Below are positions 14,689-27,582 of a stretch of 64,000 bases of DNA, piece by piece. The position numbers and the translations under genes were made by a program. Position 1 is the first letter of the stretch; each line of letters begins with the position of its first letter. This DNA comes from Paecilomyces variotii (Eukaryota). Under the pieces are notes generated by a model. The model saw only the letters and a program-made list of their open reading frames with translations, was not told the DNA's origin and made no database searches. The stretch lies in assembly GCA_004022145.1 (NCBI GenBank), contig RCNU01000001.1, one strand, 5' to 3'.

Positions 14689-16765
14689 CTAGCTCGCCTG
14701 GAAGGCATTGAAGGCCTTGTAAGTGTAACCAATGAAAGGAAGACTCATCTCTGCCTCCTGTTCGTCTGGCATAGCACGAGCCTGGGCACGGTGAGCCGCG
14801 GAAGTATCTTCCTGAGGAATCTCGTCGACGGGGAAGTAGGAGACGTCGACGTTGGAGCTCAGCTTGGGTTCAAAAGGTGCGCGGATATTGCGCAGTTGAT
14901 CCCAAACAACCCCGCGGAAGAAGGGGTGGGCCTTGATCTGGGTGGCACCGCCATGAGCACCACCCTCGCTACCGATACGGTGCTCAGCATCACAAAGGAA
15001 GCTACGAAAACCATTAGCAATGAACTTGACCGAGACACGACCTGAGCTGGAATTACCTTCGAATAAGCGACTCAGACTCACGCGAAAGAGTGAGCTCTTC
15101 GGGGAAGTAGAGACAGTCCCTCCAGTTCACGATCTTCCGGTAAGTGTCGGTCGTCTCCTCAGCACAGAACGGCGGCCAGCCCACAAGACACTCGAACATG
15201 ATGGCACCAACGGACCACCAGTCGCATAGGTAGGTGTAACCCTGACCGTTGAAGATCTCCGGGGCAATGTAGTCTGGAGTACCGACGGTGGAATACGCCA
15301 TCGCTCGTCGAGACTTCCTCCAAGTGTTGATCTGTCCACGGTTGGAGACAGTCAGGTTGATCGAGTCCGAGAAGTAACCAGAGTTACGGTTCTTGTCCTT
15401 TGACGTAGAGTTCTTGAGGAGGTTCTGGTAGTAGGCATTGTCGTGAGTCTTCTTTCCTCCGGTGGAGAGACCAAAGTCAGTAAGCTTGATGTGACCACCA
15501 CGGTCGAGAAGGATGTTATCAGGCTTGATGTCACTATACCGAAACGTGACTAGTTAGCGCCCCATATAAAACAGCAACAATAGATGAAGTATTATCAAGA
15601 GCTGAGACTTACCGATGGAGGAAGCCTAATTGATGGACAGCCTCAATAGCCATCACGATCTCTGCCATGTAGAATCGCGTAATGTCCTCCGAGAAGATTT
15701 CGTATTTGATAAGCATAGTCATCAAGTCACCACCGGGAAGGAACTCCATGAGCAAATAGAGGTATGCGGTGTCCTGGAAGGAAGCGTGCAGCTTCACCAG
15801 CCAAGGGTTGTCCTTGGAGTCTGCCAGGATATCACGCTCAGCGCGGACGTGTGCCAACTGATCCTTCTTAAACATCTCTGTCTTGATCAACGACTTGAGG
15901 GCGTAGATCTTCCCATCAGTCTTCCTCTGGACAAGCTTCACTTCTCCGAAAGCACCCTTTCCAATAACCTTGATGGTCTGGAAGTTGGCTGGTGTTTCCT
16001 TGGTGCGCAGGAACCGAAGGAAAGTAGACTCCTTCTTCGCCATGGTTTCAGACTCCTGTCGTTTCTTGTCGGCGGACACATTCGGGTCGCGAAGCATATG
16101 GTCAAGGGTCGCAGCACTGTCCCAATATTCGTGTCAGCAACGGTAAAAGATGTCGAAAGTGAAGACTGTATGAATACCCACCGCATGTTACGATCGCGAG
16201 CACGCTCAATGTTCTCCTGGAAGAACACGGTGACCAATTCCTTCAACGCCTTTCCACGCTTGTGAACATTTTCCGAGTACCTGTCCGGGTAGCGCTGGAG
16301 CTCCTCATCTTCACCCGGCGGCTTGGGACTGCGAGTGTTGGGCTGTCCCTGAGAGCCAGAAGTACGAGGACGCTGGCCGGGAGAGCCACGACCAAATAGT
16401 CCCGCACGAGGCGAGGCACTCAAGTCTTGGTTTGAAAACTGCTGAACCAGGCCGTTGGTACCATCGTTGGCGTTGTAGCCCATACGGGACTGGTATGCGG
16501 CCTGCGGGGACTGGAGGTTCTGTTGCGCATACTGCTGCTGGGCATACTGGGCCTGTTGGGCCTGGTACGGGTGATTCATGAAGTATCCCTGGCCATAGGC
16601 TGCATTCTGGGCCGCCTGGGGGTTGACATATTCCTGACCACCATTGGGATAGATTGGTTGCGGGAAGGTGGATGGCGTCGTAGGATAGGCGCGACTGTTT
16701 GGCTGGGGAAGGGCATGCTCGTTGTACCCAAAATTCAAGTGCAGGTTATTGTTGTTTCCCGCCAT
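14689..16765 (-). CDS. cotA: NDR-family Ser/Thr kinase CotA/COT-1/Cbk1, 4 exons
   Basis: [33 protein letters not shown], hydrophobic motif FIGYTYK; N-terminal LHLNFG. Confidence 0.95.
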
Positions 16766-17943
16766 CGTGATTGAGGTGCTCACGCTCAAAGACAGTGAGC
16801 GCGAAGGGGATAAAACGACTGAAGACAAAGGGGGTGGGGAAGTGAGCAGGTGGCACAGTACTCAGGGGACTGGTGAGACGAGTACGAGGGACCCGGCCAG
16901 ACCAGAAGCGCGAGTCGGACCGTACGATCCCACAGGCGGACTCAGCAGACCTGGAGAAACTGTGAACCGGTAAACGAAGGGAGAGGGTGAAAGAAAAGGA
17001 AGTAACGAGATGGTTAGTTCAGGAGAAGCAGAGACAACAAAGAGTTGTCTTTGGAGTCGATAAGTTATTACCTGGCTCCGTTTAGCGTGGAGATGGCCGC
17101 CGCAGACTACTAACTATCGGGGCCAGCCATATCCATGAAACGCCCCAGGAACATCGCCCCCAATGGCCCAATAAGCGAGGTCACGGGGGTTCGATCATGG
17201 ACGATGCTTGATGTTTTTGTCGTGTTTCTACAGGGAACATTCCAGCCTTGGATGTCACTGCGGGGTCTATTATTGACTGATTTCTACAAGGTGATTCCAG
17301 ACCCTAGTCAAATCCTATGGCATAGCAGAGGTTACAAATTAGAGAGTCAGTAAGTGGATGGTCGGATGCTGAGCAGTTAGTTACTAGATCTAAAGAAGAT
17401 AAAATAGCTTCTGGATGAAGAATACTATAGAACACGACCATCTCATCAAATAAGTCAACAGTTCCACTGCTAGTTAGGTAGTTATTTGTGCGCCCGCTCT
17501 CAGTGCTGAATAAGTTGGTGATAAGAGTCTTTGATTATGTGGATTGCAATAATTAATAGGTGCCGTAAAGATACCCTCTATCACAATGATTTACTATCTC
17601 AAAGCATATATAGATAGTATCTTGATATAAACACTTATATAAACAATATACCACCGCATATATTACACAAACCCAGCTTTATCCTGGCAATCAGCGCATT
17701 ATCATCGTCTGCTTTTATCAGATTCACGTTCCAGATAAAGTTTGGCTTCCGCCAACCTATGCCGGAAGAATAAAACTCCGATCACAGCTGCCGCGGACAT
17801 CAACTTTTTTGGCTGCAGTAGAACAACACGCAGAGGACACGAGCTCCAGGAACTGTATTCCAGGACATCGGGCTGTCGACGTCGAGAAGACGCCCTTGTT
17901 GAACGTACTTTTCTTCAGAAGGGGCGCTTGTATCTTGCACAAA

Positions 17944-19439
17944 ATGGCGGAATCCTCCAACTCTTCCGCCCCATCTGGTCAGCCCCAGAATGCTGTCCCG
18001 AAGCCGCCTCCGAAGGCACAGAATCCGGCCCTGAAGATGATGGGTGCGTTTGCCTTATATGTGTTTGACAATCATCTATGCTGACAGGATCCCTAGGACT
18101 ACCGCACATCCGGTTCAAGTTACCCTCTCGCAATTGGATGATCTTTCTCACAATAACCGGCTCTTTCGCCGGCGCCTTGATCTATGACCGAAGAGAGAAG
18201 AAACGTGCACAGCAGAAGTGGTGCAACCTGGTCGCTCATATGGCAAATGAGCCTTTGTCAGTTGATGAATTGAGGAGGAAGGTCACGATTTTCCTTGCCG
18301 CGCCACCCGGTGACGGCTTGAGGGTTGCTCGAGAACACTTCCAAGAATATGTCAAACCGATCCTGGTTGCCGCTGCTTTGGACTACGATGTCATCGAGGG
18401 CAGAAGAGAAGGTGATGTTAGAGCAGGGCTCGCAGAAAAGATTCGCAGGTTCAGACGGAGGGCAGGTGAGCCCAGCAGCGTGGTGGAGGAACCAAACAAG
18501 CAGAATGTTCTTGAAGAGTTCCGGAGACTGAAAGGCAGCAAGGAAGAAGCTGGACCCAAGGGTGATATTGTCATTGGACGGCATACTTGGAAGGAGTACA
18601 TTCGGGGTCTCCATGAGGGCTGGCTTGGTCCGCTTGATCCTCCGCCGCCCCCTCCAGCTCCTCCAGCCCCCGAGCCTGAGACCCCAAGTTCAGATGATGC
18701 ATCGCCAATTGCTGGCTCTGAAGAACAGAAAAAGACAGAGGAGAAGAAACCTGAGCAGCCGGCTACGCCTCCTGGACAGGAACCGGCCTACATCTCACCA
18801 GCGGACTACTCGTCCCGGCCTCTCCCTCCCACCATGCCGTCCACTCTGGAGGGATCCGTTCCCATCCCATTTCCTCACATCCTCGGCTTCTTGAACACCC
18901 CCATTCGCATCTACCGTTTCCTCACCAAGCGATACATCGCAGATGACATTGGACGGGAAGTAGCCGCTATCGTCCTTGCATCATCAACCAGACCATATGA
19001 AGACAATTCCTTGAACTCCTCTCCAACCCTCACTCCCACTCCAGGCACGGACACCTTATCCTCCGCGCAACCCACTACCTCCGATGACTCGAGCCCGTCC
19101 TCCACTGCCAACGAACAGCAGACCATCCTCGAAGATGAAGAGAAAGAATGGCACAAGTCGGTCCACAAGCGCTCTGAAACCATTCCCGACGAAGAGCGCG
19201 AATGGCTTGACGATATGGTCGTCGACCCGCGCATCGGCTCACGGATGCGTCGCTTCGTACTGAACTCCGAGGAAGAGGCTCGCGCCCAGCGCATCGCCGA
19301 GGACAAAGAATGGGTCAAGGGAGAGACGAAGCCCGCCCCCGTCCCCTTGTGGAAGAAGCTGTGGATCGAATACGGGTATGGAGAAGACGAGGCTACTCTG
19401 CGAAGAAAGCCAATCCTTGGAAACATTGACGAGGAGTGA
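17944..19439 (+). CDS. TIM54: Mitochondrial import inner membrane translocase subunit Tim54 (intron 18044-18096)
   Basis: NPALKMMG|LP..KLPSRNWMIF; GRHTWKEYIRGLHEGWLGPL; GFLNTPIRIYRFL. Confidence 0.93.
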
Positions 19440-20126
19440 AAGAAGAAGAACGCATTGCTTTGCTCCCCTTCTTGTATGATTTTGGGTGTTGGACAAGGGA
19501 TGAAAACCAACCGCACGATGATCGCTGGTTCTGTATATTACTCACACGTATAGAGGGCATAGATGTACGATGTCATAATTAACAAACTCCCATTTCTCAA
19601 TTCACCCAATGACGTGCAGATATCTCGAACGTAAACTAGAACGAAGACGAGAAATTTCTCTATGTAGATTGTAGATATCTCTTCCTTTACGAAGGTATGG
19701 TCAAGTCGATGTGCCTCCGACTCTCACTACGGGGTAGTTTCCTGCATTAGTTATATTGCTTTGTGTATAACTATTGCAGTTACAAGAACACTTATTAGCA
19801 AAGGCAACCTTGATGATGCCCAATTGTCTCTTTTTTGATAAATGGCTGAGCTCACTACCTACATAATGTACAGTATACCGTGGTCAGTCAGATAATAAAA
19901 ACAATTAGTGCACGTCTCTCCGTCCCTTTATCTCTTTGATTTATGAAATTTTTCGTCTTCACTAGAAAGGCTAGAGACCTTTCCGGCATTTTCCCTGACG
20001 GCCTTGGGTCGTAGAGAGTGGCATCTCATTCCTCTTCACTTCACGTAGCCGTCAAGCATATCGGTTGTTCTGTGGACCCGGCCCTCGTTGAGGGAAGTAC
20101 AGAAAAGAAGTATAATCTATCCTTCT

Positions 20127-22781
20127 TCAAGCGTCACTTTGCTTCGCCTGAAACGCAGATGCTTCGTTCCACTTCTTGTGCGCCTTCTCAATGTAGGCAG
20201 TCTTTGCGGCCTGGTTACTACCCCACTCGTTGAGCAGGTCCAGACCCGCCACAGCCTTCTGTATCGTGGCGTCTTCCAGATCAAGAGTGGAGAGAAGATC
20301 CTGCTCACACTGCGACTTGGAGTCAGGGCTGAGGAGCAGTCGAGCGGACAGCGCGGCTTGCACGTGGGTGGTGCGTGTCTTATGAGCAGTAAGGAATGCG
20401 TCGTTCCACTCAGTGAGGTTAGTAGATTTCGGGAGCAGAGGCTCAAATTCGCTGGTGATGACCTCCGCGACCTGGGGGGGAAGAGGCTCTGCGAGAGAGT
20501 CGAGTTCCTTCCGGAAGCGAAGGAGCTGAACATGGAGTGTTGGATTCGAAGCGTCAATGGAGTGAGCAGCCAGCAGGCACTTCAGCGCCAGGAGGTGCTT
20601 CTCTGGAAGACAGTCAGTCAGTAAATTCGAGCTATTCGTATGCGAAGACTTACTTCTTCTCAAGTAGACTTCAAACCCGACGTTCTGCGCCTCAATATTG
20701 CCGGGGCTGAACTCCAGCAAATGAGTAAGAAACTTGAGAGCCTCTTTCAAAGGATCTTGTGTCTGCACGAGCTTCGTTCCTAGAGGATCCGTGTCCTCCT
20801 TCTTGATCTCACCATCCAGATTCTTCGCGGTAGCGCTTGCTGCCCTCTTCGCATCTCTCTTCTCAGCTTCCGCCTTTTCAAGTTTTTGCTGCTCTTTCTT
20901 GGCTTTCTTAAGAGCCTTTCTCCTTTCTGCACTATCCTCCTCACTGCCATTCAGACCAGCAGGCACCGGGCCGTGAACGAGATCGGGCTGGTCATGCAAG
21001 AGCACGTAAGCCTTAACTGCGGAGAGCGCCATCCGTGTGTAGAAGGGATGATCCCGCAAGTGGTCCTCCCAACGGATCATGTCAACATATGCCCGAATCA
21101 TACCCTTTCGTAGCGAAAAGCTGTGGAAATCGAACTGGTCTTCTTGCCAAACATCAAAGATGGTCTGAACAGCATGGAACCGCTTCAGAGCGAGTCCGAG
21201 CTTCCTCTGACGCAAGTAGGACTCTCCATCTTCGGTAAGATACCACACACATTGCATCTCGAGCAAGTCACCGAGTGCACCACCAACGGTCTCGTTGCGC
21301 GTGAACTTGCTCATGTCATCAAGTGCCTTCTCATTGTCGTCATTTCTAAGCTGGTACTTGGCAGCTTTCGAGTTGATGTAACGGTCCTTCTCGTCCAGCT
21401 GTCTCGCTTGCTCCATCGCCTCCGCAGCCTTGGCAAGATTGCCATAGTGCTTCCATATCCGTGCCTTGGTCATTTGATAATCCACTGACTTGGGTGCCAG
21501 CTCGATAGCCTTGTCGACGTATTCCATGGCCTTTGCCAGATCCCGACTAAGATGGTAGTTGTAATGCTGCGCAAGGAAATAGAAGACGGCGGACTTGAAA
21601 TCAGTTCCATCAATCTTGACCTGGTTCTCTGTGGATCCATTGGACTGGCTCTCAACCTTTCCTGCTGCATAACCTTCAACAAGCTCCTGAACAGTGTCAC
21701 GCTTAGCCGTGTTGGTGTAGAGAGTTTTAATGTTTGCAAAAAGTGACGGCACGCCCCTTCGAAGCATACGCTGGAGATAAGCGTCTGCGGCAGTCTTGAA
21801 GTCGTCACCTTCCAGGAAGTCCAGAGGCATCCGACGCGGGGCGTCACCCCTGGGATACTTATCAGCCCACTGATCGTACACAGCTTTCAATGCACTATGA
21901 TCAGTCTCGGGGATACCCTTTGCCTGTATCAACCCTTCATAATAGTTCGCGTTCTCAGGGTTCCGGTCGATGAGGGCAGTATAGGCAGCTTCAGCTTCCT
22001 CCTTACGGCCGAGGCGCAGAAGGTAATCGGCCCTCATTTCCATAACGGCGAGCACATCTGAACACCTCTTGCCAACGGAATCCAGATGCTCGAGGGCCCT
22101 CTCCAAATCTCCCGACTCGGCGATGATCATGTTCTTATAGAGGACCGCCTCAGAATGTTCCATATCGGATCTTGGCGGGGGAGTCTTCAGTGTCTCCTCG
22201 TACGTGTTCAGGACATTCTCCGCCTCTGTGAGATTGCCAGCCAGATGATGTGCGATCGCCAACGCAGTCCAGTTCTGTCGGAATGCTGGTCGTGCCTGAA
22301 GCATGGCGCTTCTGCTCTGAATATAGCCCTGATAATCTCGCATCTGCATCTGGAGCAGAGCCAGATCACGCTGAATGGGCTGAGAGTCTGGCTCCAGTCT
22401 CAAGGCAAACTTGTATGCTTTGATAGCTTCCTCGAAGTTCTTGTCCGCTCGGTAGAGCAGGCCGAAAACGTGCCAGCAGACGTGCGACTTCATGTCGTTC
22501 TTGAGCGCCTCCTTCGCAAGCACGAAGGCTTCCTCCTGCTGACCTTGGTTGCTCATTATCAGAGCTTTCATTGCTTGTGTGTCGCCATGGTTTGGGTTCT
22601 TGCGCAGGATCTGGTCCGCAGCTTTGAGACCTGGGAAGCAAACACGCAGTCAATATCTGCTCCGTTTCGGGGAGTGCTCCGGGACCGTATGAGACGTACC
22701 CTTCTTGTATTGCTTGTTCTCATAGTGGCGGACCACCTGGCGGAACAGCGATGCGTCCTTGGAGCCCAATTGTTGAGGCAT
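20127..22781 (-). CDS. NAT1: NatA N-terminal acetyltransferase auxiliary subunit (Nat1/NAA15), 3 exons
   Basis: MPQQLGSKDASLFRQVVRHYENKQYKK; TPRs; EDQFDFHSFSLRKG; DRYINSK. Confidence 0.95.
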
Positions 22782-23499
22782 GGCGGCCGTAGGTCAGTGC
22801 TGATGACACTGAGGGAGCTGGAGGAACTGCGGCGATTGACTGTGTGGGAGGAGGGCAGGTGATGTGCGGGGGTAAACTGCCCGGTGAGAGTAAATCGCTA
22901 ACAGTATATATAGTACAGGATGAGACGCGGAGAATGTGTCACTGTGTCTTGACAAACAGTTCCATAGCTGTCCACGGTCGCTGCTGGGGGTTCTGTACGG
23001 AGTTCAATGCGACGATACTGGAGGTAAAGGCTGCAGCTGCGACTTGTCCGGCGGGCGACAAATAATTATCCGAACCTCATTTCTACTCTGTGCTTGTGCA
23101 TACGCATGTGTCATTGTACATCCCAAATTCGACAACAAACAACTTCGAGATTGGACGCTCTATATATATTCCAAGGACTGCCTGCTTTCAATTTATCTTA
23201 TGTCCTGCTGCTCTGTTTTGTTGGGAGCGAGCAAGCTCATCATTCATCGGATCTCCGATGCCGGATCTTCAACCACTCCCTGATCTTGGATCGACTGCTA
23301 TGTTCTGTACTATGTCTATTCTCTATCTGAATCATAGAGACACATTATATATACAAAATGCTTTTTCGGAATGCTATGAAAATGCAATCATTTCCCATCT
23401 CGCCTGAACCATTGCGCCATAGAGCCGAGACTTGACCTTATACCATAGGACCATGCTTTAGAGACGAGATACTCGTGTACCACCCTATTCCACGTGGCT

Positions 23500-24155
23500 T
23501 CACGAGGATCGTTGTCCCTTGTTTTCCCGCCATCGATTCAATGCTTCCTCCCAATCGCCCGAAGGGTCGCCGCACCTCTCTGTTACTAGACCCCAGGTGC
23601 GAGCGCGAATGATCTGTTCAACGCTTCGTTCGTTCCGGATTAAGTATGCCAGGGACTCCGTGCGCGCTTCTTTGGGGAAGAATCGAGCCGAGTACGGGTC
23701 TAATCGCTCGTCCACCACCCGTTCGCGATCCTTCGCGGACTCCGTCTCTCGCAGAATGAGATCGGGATCTTCAGGATCAGGACTCGTAGCCACACCGGCG
23801 CAATAGTTTAGAACATCTGATCTTGTCTGCCACGAAGGGAATAACACGTTGTCTTTGAACGATTGACAAGCTGCGGGATCTATAGTCTTTTTGCCTGTTT
23901 GGCGCACGGCAGTAGAGGAAGGGTCGAAGCCGACCCGGGCTGGTGTTATCAACGCATTGAGGTTCTGTGTGATCGAGTCATCAATCGCTGATCGCGAGAG
24001 GCGCAGGAAATCTATGTTCACGCAAACGTTAGCATTGTCTCGAGAGTCTATGTTCCTATGACTCCGGCGGGATGCCGCGCACCTCTCAGTACTCTCTCAT
24101 TGAAGCAAAATTGGGGGCTCAACTCCGGAGCTACCGTTGACGACTGCTGTGACAT
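23500..24155 (-). CDS. Caffeine-induced death protein 2 / Mix23 family, 2 exons
   Basis: LSPQFCFNERVLR|DFLRLSRSAIDDSITQNLN; ERLDPYSAR. Confidence 0.88.
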
Positions 24156-24495
24156 CTTCCGACTCACCGGATCTTCCACCTTCTCGGAAGACTGTGACTT
24201 TTTGGCCCAGAACCACTCCAGATTGTGTAGCTAAAAGGATTGAGTGGGGATCAACAAGAGCTCTATGGTATGCTCCTGGTAGGAGTGGCTTGAAGCTGCT
24301 CGAGCGCAGAAGGTATTACTGCTATCAACCCACTATAAAACCAAATAACGTTCCCAGCGAAATTATGGCAGAATGGGAGCTGCTGGAAGCATATATGGTG
24401 TCGGAGGAGCCGGCGTAGTAGAAGTACTTTCGGACTTCTTCTTGGCCGGTCTGAGCTCATCATCCGAATATGGGTAAATTTCAAAGTCACGGGAC

Positions 24496-24514
24496 AACGC
24501 GCCTCGACACGCGT
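24496..24514. promoter_or_regulatory. MCB-like (ACGCGT) elements in the Cid2/Fpg divergent promoter
   Basis: aacgcg at 24496 and acgcgt at 24509-24514; MBF control of repair genes is inference. Confidence 0.3.
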
Positions 24515-24732
24515 TACAAATACAGCTCCGTGACTGCACATTGTAGATCCGATTTCAAGCCAAAACTAGGGTGATACGATCCCATTTCTATCTCATAAGG
24601 ACCATCTATGCCTTCTGTCTCCTTAAAGAAATCTGTTGTGTGATCGGTCCATAGCTATCTTTATGTGGTATTCCTGTTCCAGTGGCCTTTGAGATTCCAA
24701 TCAGAGGACAAATACTTAATCAGGTCATCACT

Positions 24733-25892
24733 ATGCCCGAGTTAGCAGAGGTGTCACGCATTGTGCACTTCATTCGCAAGCATCTTGTTGGCAAGAAATT
24801 GGCCAATGTCCAAACGCAACATGATGATATTGTCTTCGGTAAAGCTGGCACAAGCGCAGCAGAGTTCCAAAAGGCCATGCAGGGAAAGACTATCGCTGGT
24901 GCTGGCCAGCAGGGCAAATATTTCTGGATTACCATGTCTTCACCACCTCATGCAGTCATGCATTTCGGTATGGCTGGATGGATGAAGATCAGGGATGCGG
25001 ATACGTACTATTACCGAACAGACAAGCCGGAGGACAAAGACTGGCCGCCCAAGTACTGGAAGTTTCTCTTGGAGACTGATGAAGACCCGAAGACGGAAGC
25101 TGCATTTGTTGATTTTCGGAGACTTGCGAGAATCAGGCTGGTCGATTGCCCAGCAGATGACATTCGGAAGTACAGTCCTTTGAAAGAGAACGGGCCGGAC
25201 CCCGTTGCAGACAAGGATACGGTGACTGAAGAGTGGCTCAAGGAGAAAGTGAAGAGCAAGAAGGTACCTATAAAAGCTCTTCTGCTTGACCAGGCGAATA
25301 TAAGTGGAATTGGCAATTGGATGGGGTACGATCATCTCAGTATTCCATCGTAATGACGTACTGTGTGTACTAATACGCTCCCAGGGATGAGATTCTTTAC
25401 CATGCAAAGATACACCCTGAGCAGTACAGCAACACACTCACTGATGACCAAATTAAAGAACTGCACTCTTCTATCCACTACGTCTGCGACACCTCAGTGG
25501 AACTGTTGGCAGATTCCGAAAAGTTCCCGGAAGACTGGCTGTTCAAGCACCGTTGGGGTAAAGGCAAGAAAAACAAGCCTGCTGTCCTGCCCAACGGGGA
25601 GAAGATAGTCTACCTGACGGTAGGAGGAAGAACAAGTGCGGTGGTTCCGTCAGTTCAGAAGAAGACTGGCCCTGTTGCAAAAGACGTCAGCGACGAAGAC
25701 AAGAAGCGTCCAGCTGCGTTGAAGGAAGAGAGTGATTCTGAGGCAGTGGAGGATAGCGCTCCGGCAAAGAAAAGAGCCACAAATGGCCGCAGTAAAGCGA
25801 CCGTGAAAAAAGAAGAGGTGGAAGATAAACCAGCCAAGAAGGCCAAGGAGCAATCTGCAGGGAGAAGACGATCAACACGTCTTACTAAATAG
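24733..25892 (+). CDS. Formamidopyrimidine-DNA glycosylase (Fpg/MutM, fungal type), 2 exons
   Basis: Catalytic N-terminal MPELAEV; GKYFW; HFGMAG; H2TH LLDQANISGIGNW; basic C-terminal tail. Confidence 0.93.
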
Positions 25893-26036
25893 CTGCGTTC
25901 TATAATCAGAAGGTCGTCGTTAGGAGCACTGTATGTATAAACTTCTATGTAACTTGGAATAAGGATCTGGTTATCTTCATGAGTTGAGCATCCAATTTAG
26001 GATGTAACCAGTAGTTTGATCATGCAATCGTCCAAT

Positions 26037-27140
26037 TCAGATCATGACCCCGTGTAACTTCCGATAGAAAACGCCGAAATTACCGTCGCCGTTTTTACCT
26101 GCCCCTAGATCGTCCATGACTGCGAAGACGATACTCTCCCACCACCCACCTTGGAACTCATTTTCCTTCAAGACCTCTGCCCAGCAGTCTGCGACTTCAT
26201 CCCTCGGATTGAGAAAGGCCCCGCAACCAAAGGCACCCAGGACCAGCCTCCGATGCCCGTTGAAGGCTGCAATACGAAGGATAATGCGCATCTTCTCCTT
26301 CATCAAATCTCTATCTTTGGCGTTTTTGTATTTAGGCAATGTTCCGCTCGTCACCAACGCGGGTTGACATAGCGCAGCTATGCTGATGACGCTCACGATC
26401 GGAAGCTCATCAGGCTTCGTCAGATCCAAAAGTTTATGACCGTCGTTGATACTGTTGCGAATAATAACAACAGTCGGAGAATATATTGCTTGGTTATCAT
26501 CAAGGGGATAATATCTCAATTTCAATGTAAAACTGAGACTGCTCCGGTAGCAGAGCGCCTCTTCTTGGGCGAGAGCCCCATTGAGCCAGCCTCCTCCGGC
26601 ACTGTATGCATTTGCCATGTTGAGTACACACACATGCCGTCTGTCTCGTACTGTCATGTACTGGCTGCAATTGGCCAGATTGATAGCAGTGTCAAATGAA
26701 TCCGCATCTACGACTTTGACCTCAGCAGGGAGGAAACCCGGACAAAACTTCTTGTCGAGAACAGGTGGCAATGGAGGGGTATATAGGTAGCCCTTAGGTG
26801 GCGCATGAGGTATTGCCTGAAGAATTTTTGGAAGAATCTTTCTTGTCTCTTGCGCTATCTGTGACAGCATCTTGCGCCGTCGTACGACTTCTGGAGGCCG
26901 TTTTCTTTTGGGACGGATACGAGACTGTGATGGTTCTGAATCTGGCCACTCGTCTGAATAACCTATCTCTGTCGCAGTTTCTGATGGCTGGTCGCTCACG
27001 TCGCGACTCTCCTGCTCGGAGTCAGTTGGAGAGCCTGTTTTTGCGGAGGTGGATGCAGGCCTCTTCTTTGACTCAGGAAATAGATAGAATGCGGAGAGCT
27101 TTGTCTGGGTCAGCTTGGGATTTACATGTGGACTGGACAT
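26037..27140 (-). CDS. TIGR02452/DUF2263 microbial-type poly(ADP-ribose) glycohydrolase (macrodomain)
   Basis: PARG signature LNMANAYSAGGGWLNGALAQEEALCYRSSL and LVLGAFGCGAFLNP. Confidence 0.85.
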   Translation of the reverse strand: MSSPHVNPKLTQTKLSAFYLFPESKKRPASTSAKTGSPTDSEQESRDVSDQPSETATEIGYSDEWPDSEPSQSRIRPKRKRPPEVVRRRKMLSQIAQETRKILPKILQAIPHAPPKGYLYTPPLPPVLDKKFCPGFLPAEVKVVDADSFDTAINLANCSQYMTVRDRRHVCVLNMANAYSAGGGWLNGALAQEEALCYRSSLSFTLKLRYYPLDDNQAIYSPTVVIIRNSINDGHKLLDLTKPDELPIVSVISIAALCQPALVTSGTLPKYKNAKDRDLMKEKMRIILRIAAFNGHRRLVLGAFGCGAFLNPRDEVADCWAEVLKENEFQGGWWESIVFAVMDDLGAGKNGDGNFGVFYRKLHGVMI

Positions 27141-27582
27141 CGTAGAAAATCCCACAAAAACAAATAAGATAAGATGAGATGAATTGGAGATGCCAATTCT
27201 CTATCATTATTATTTTCTCAAGTATCCTTATCGGCTAACGGTAGGCAACAATATGCGGCGGAAAAACAACGTCTTCTCCATAAACGGAAGGCGGTGTCGT
27301 TATCAGTCCGATCGGACGCTGATTAGTTAATTAGCGCGGGGGGGCAGCTTTCTAAGCATTGCCACTCCGAAGTGATCTCCGCGGAGCCACCTTGGGTACT
27401 TACTGTCTTCATCTTTTTACATCTACAACATCTCTTGTCCTGCAGATTATTTCGCTTGGCTATAATCGGATTTACCGTCTGGCTGTAGATTCAGCTCGAA
27501 TCAGTTTGTTCAAAACCTTAGAGGTCTCTGGCCTTCCTGGCGTTGGCCACGCCACGCCGGTGTTCGAAGTACATTTGTCACC

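Noticed and set aside
17715-17723. ATCTGATAA (SreA-type) motif upstream of TIM54
   Set aside because: About one is expected by chance in 64 kb, it also occurs inside genes here, and it has no iron-uptake context
24263-24541. 92-aa ORF upstream of the Cid2/Mix23 gene as a uORF or small gene
   Set aside because: No recognisable motif, overlaps the probable promoter, length compatible with chance
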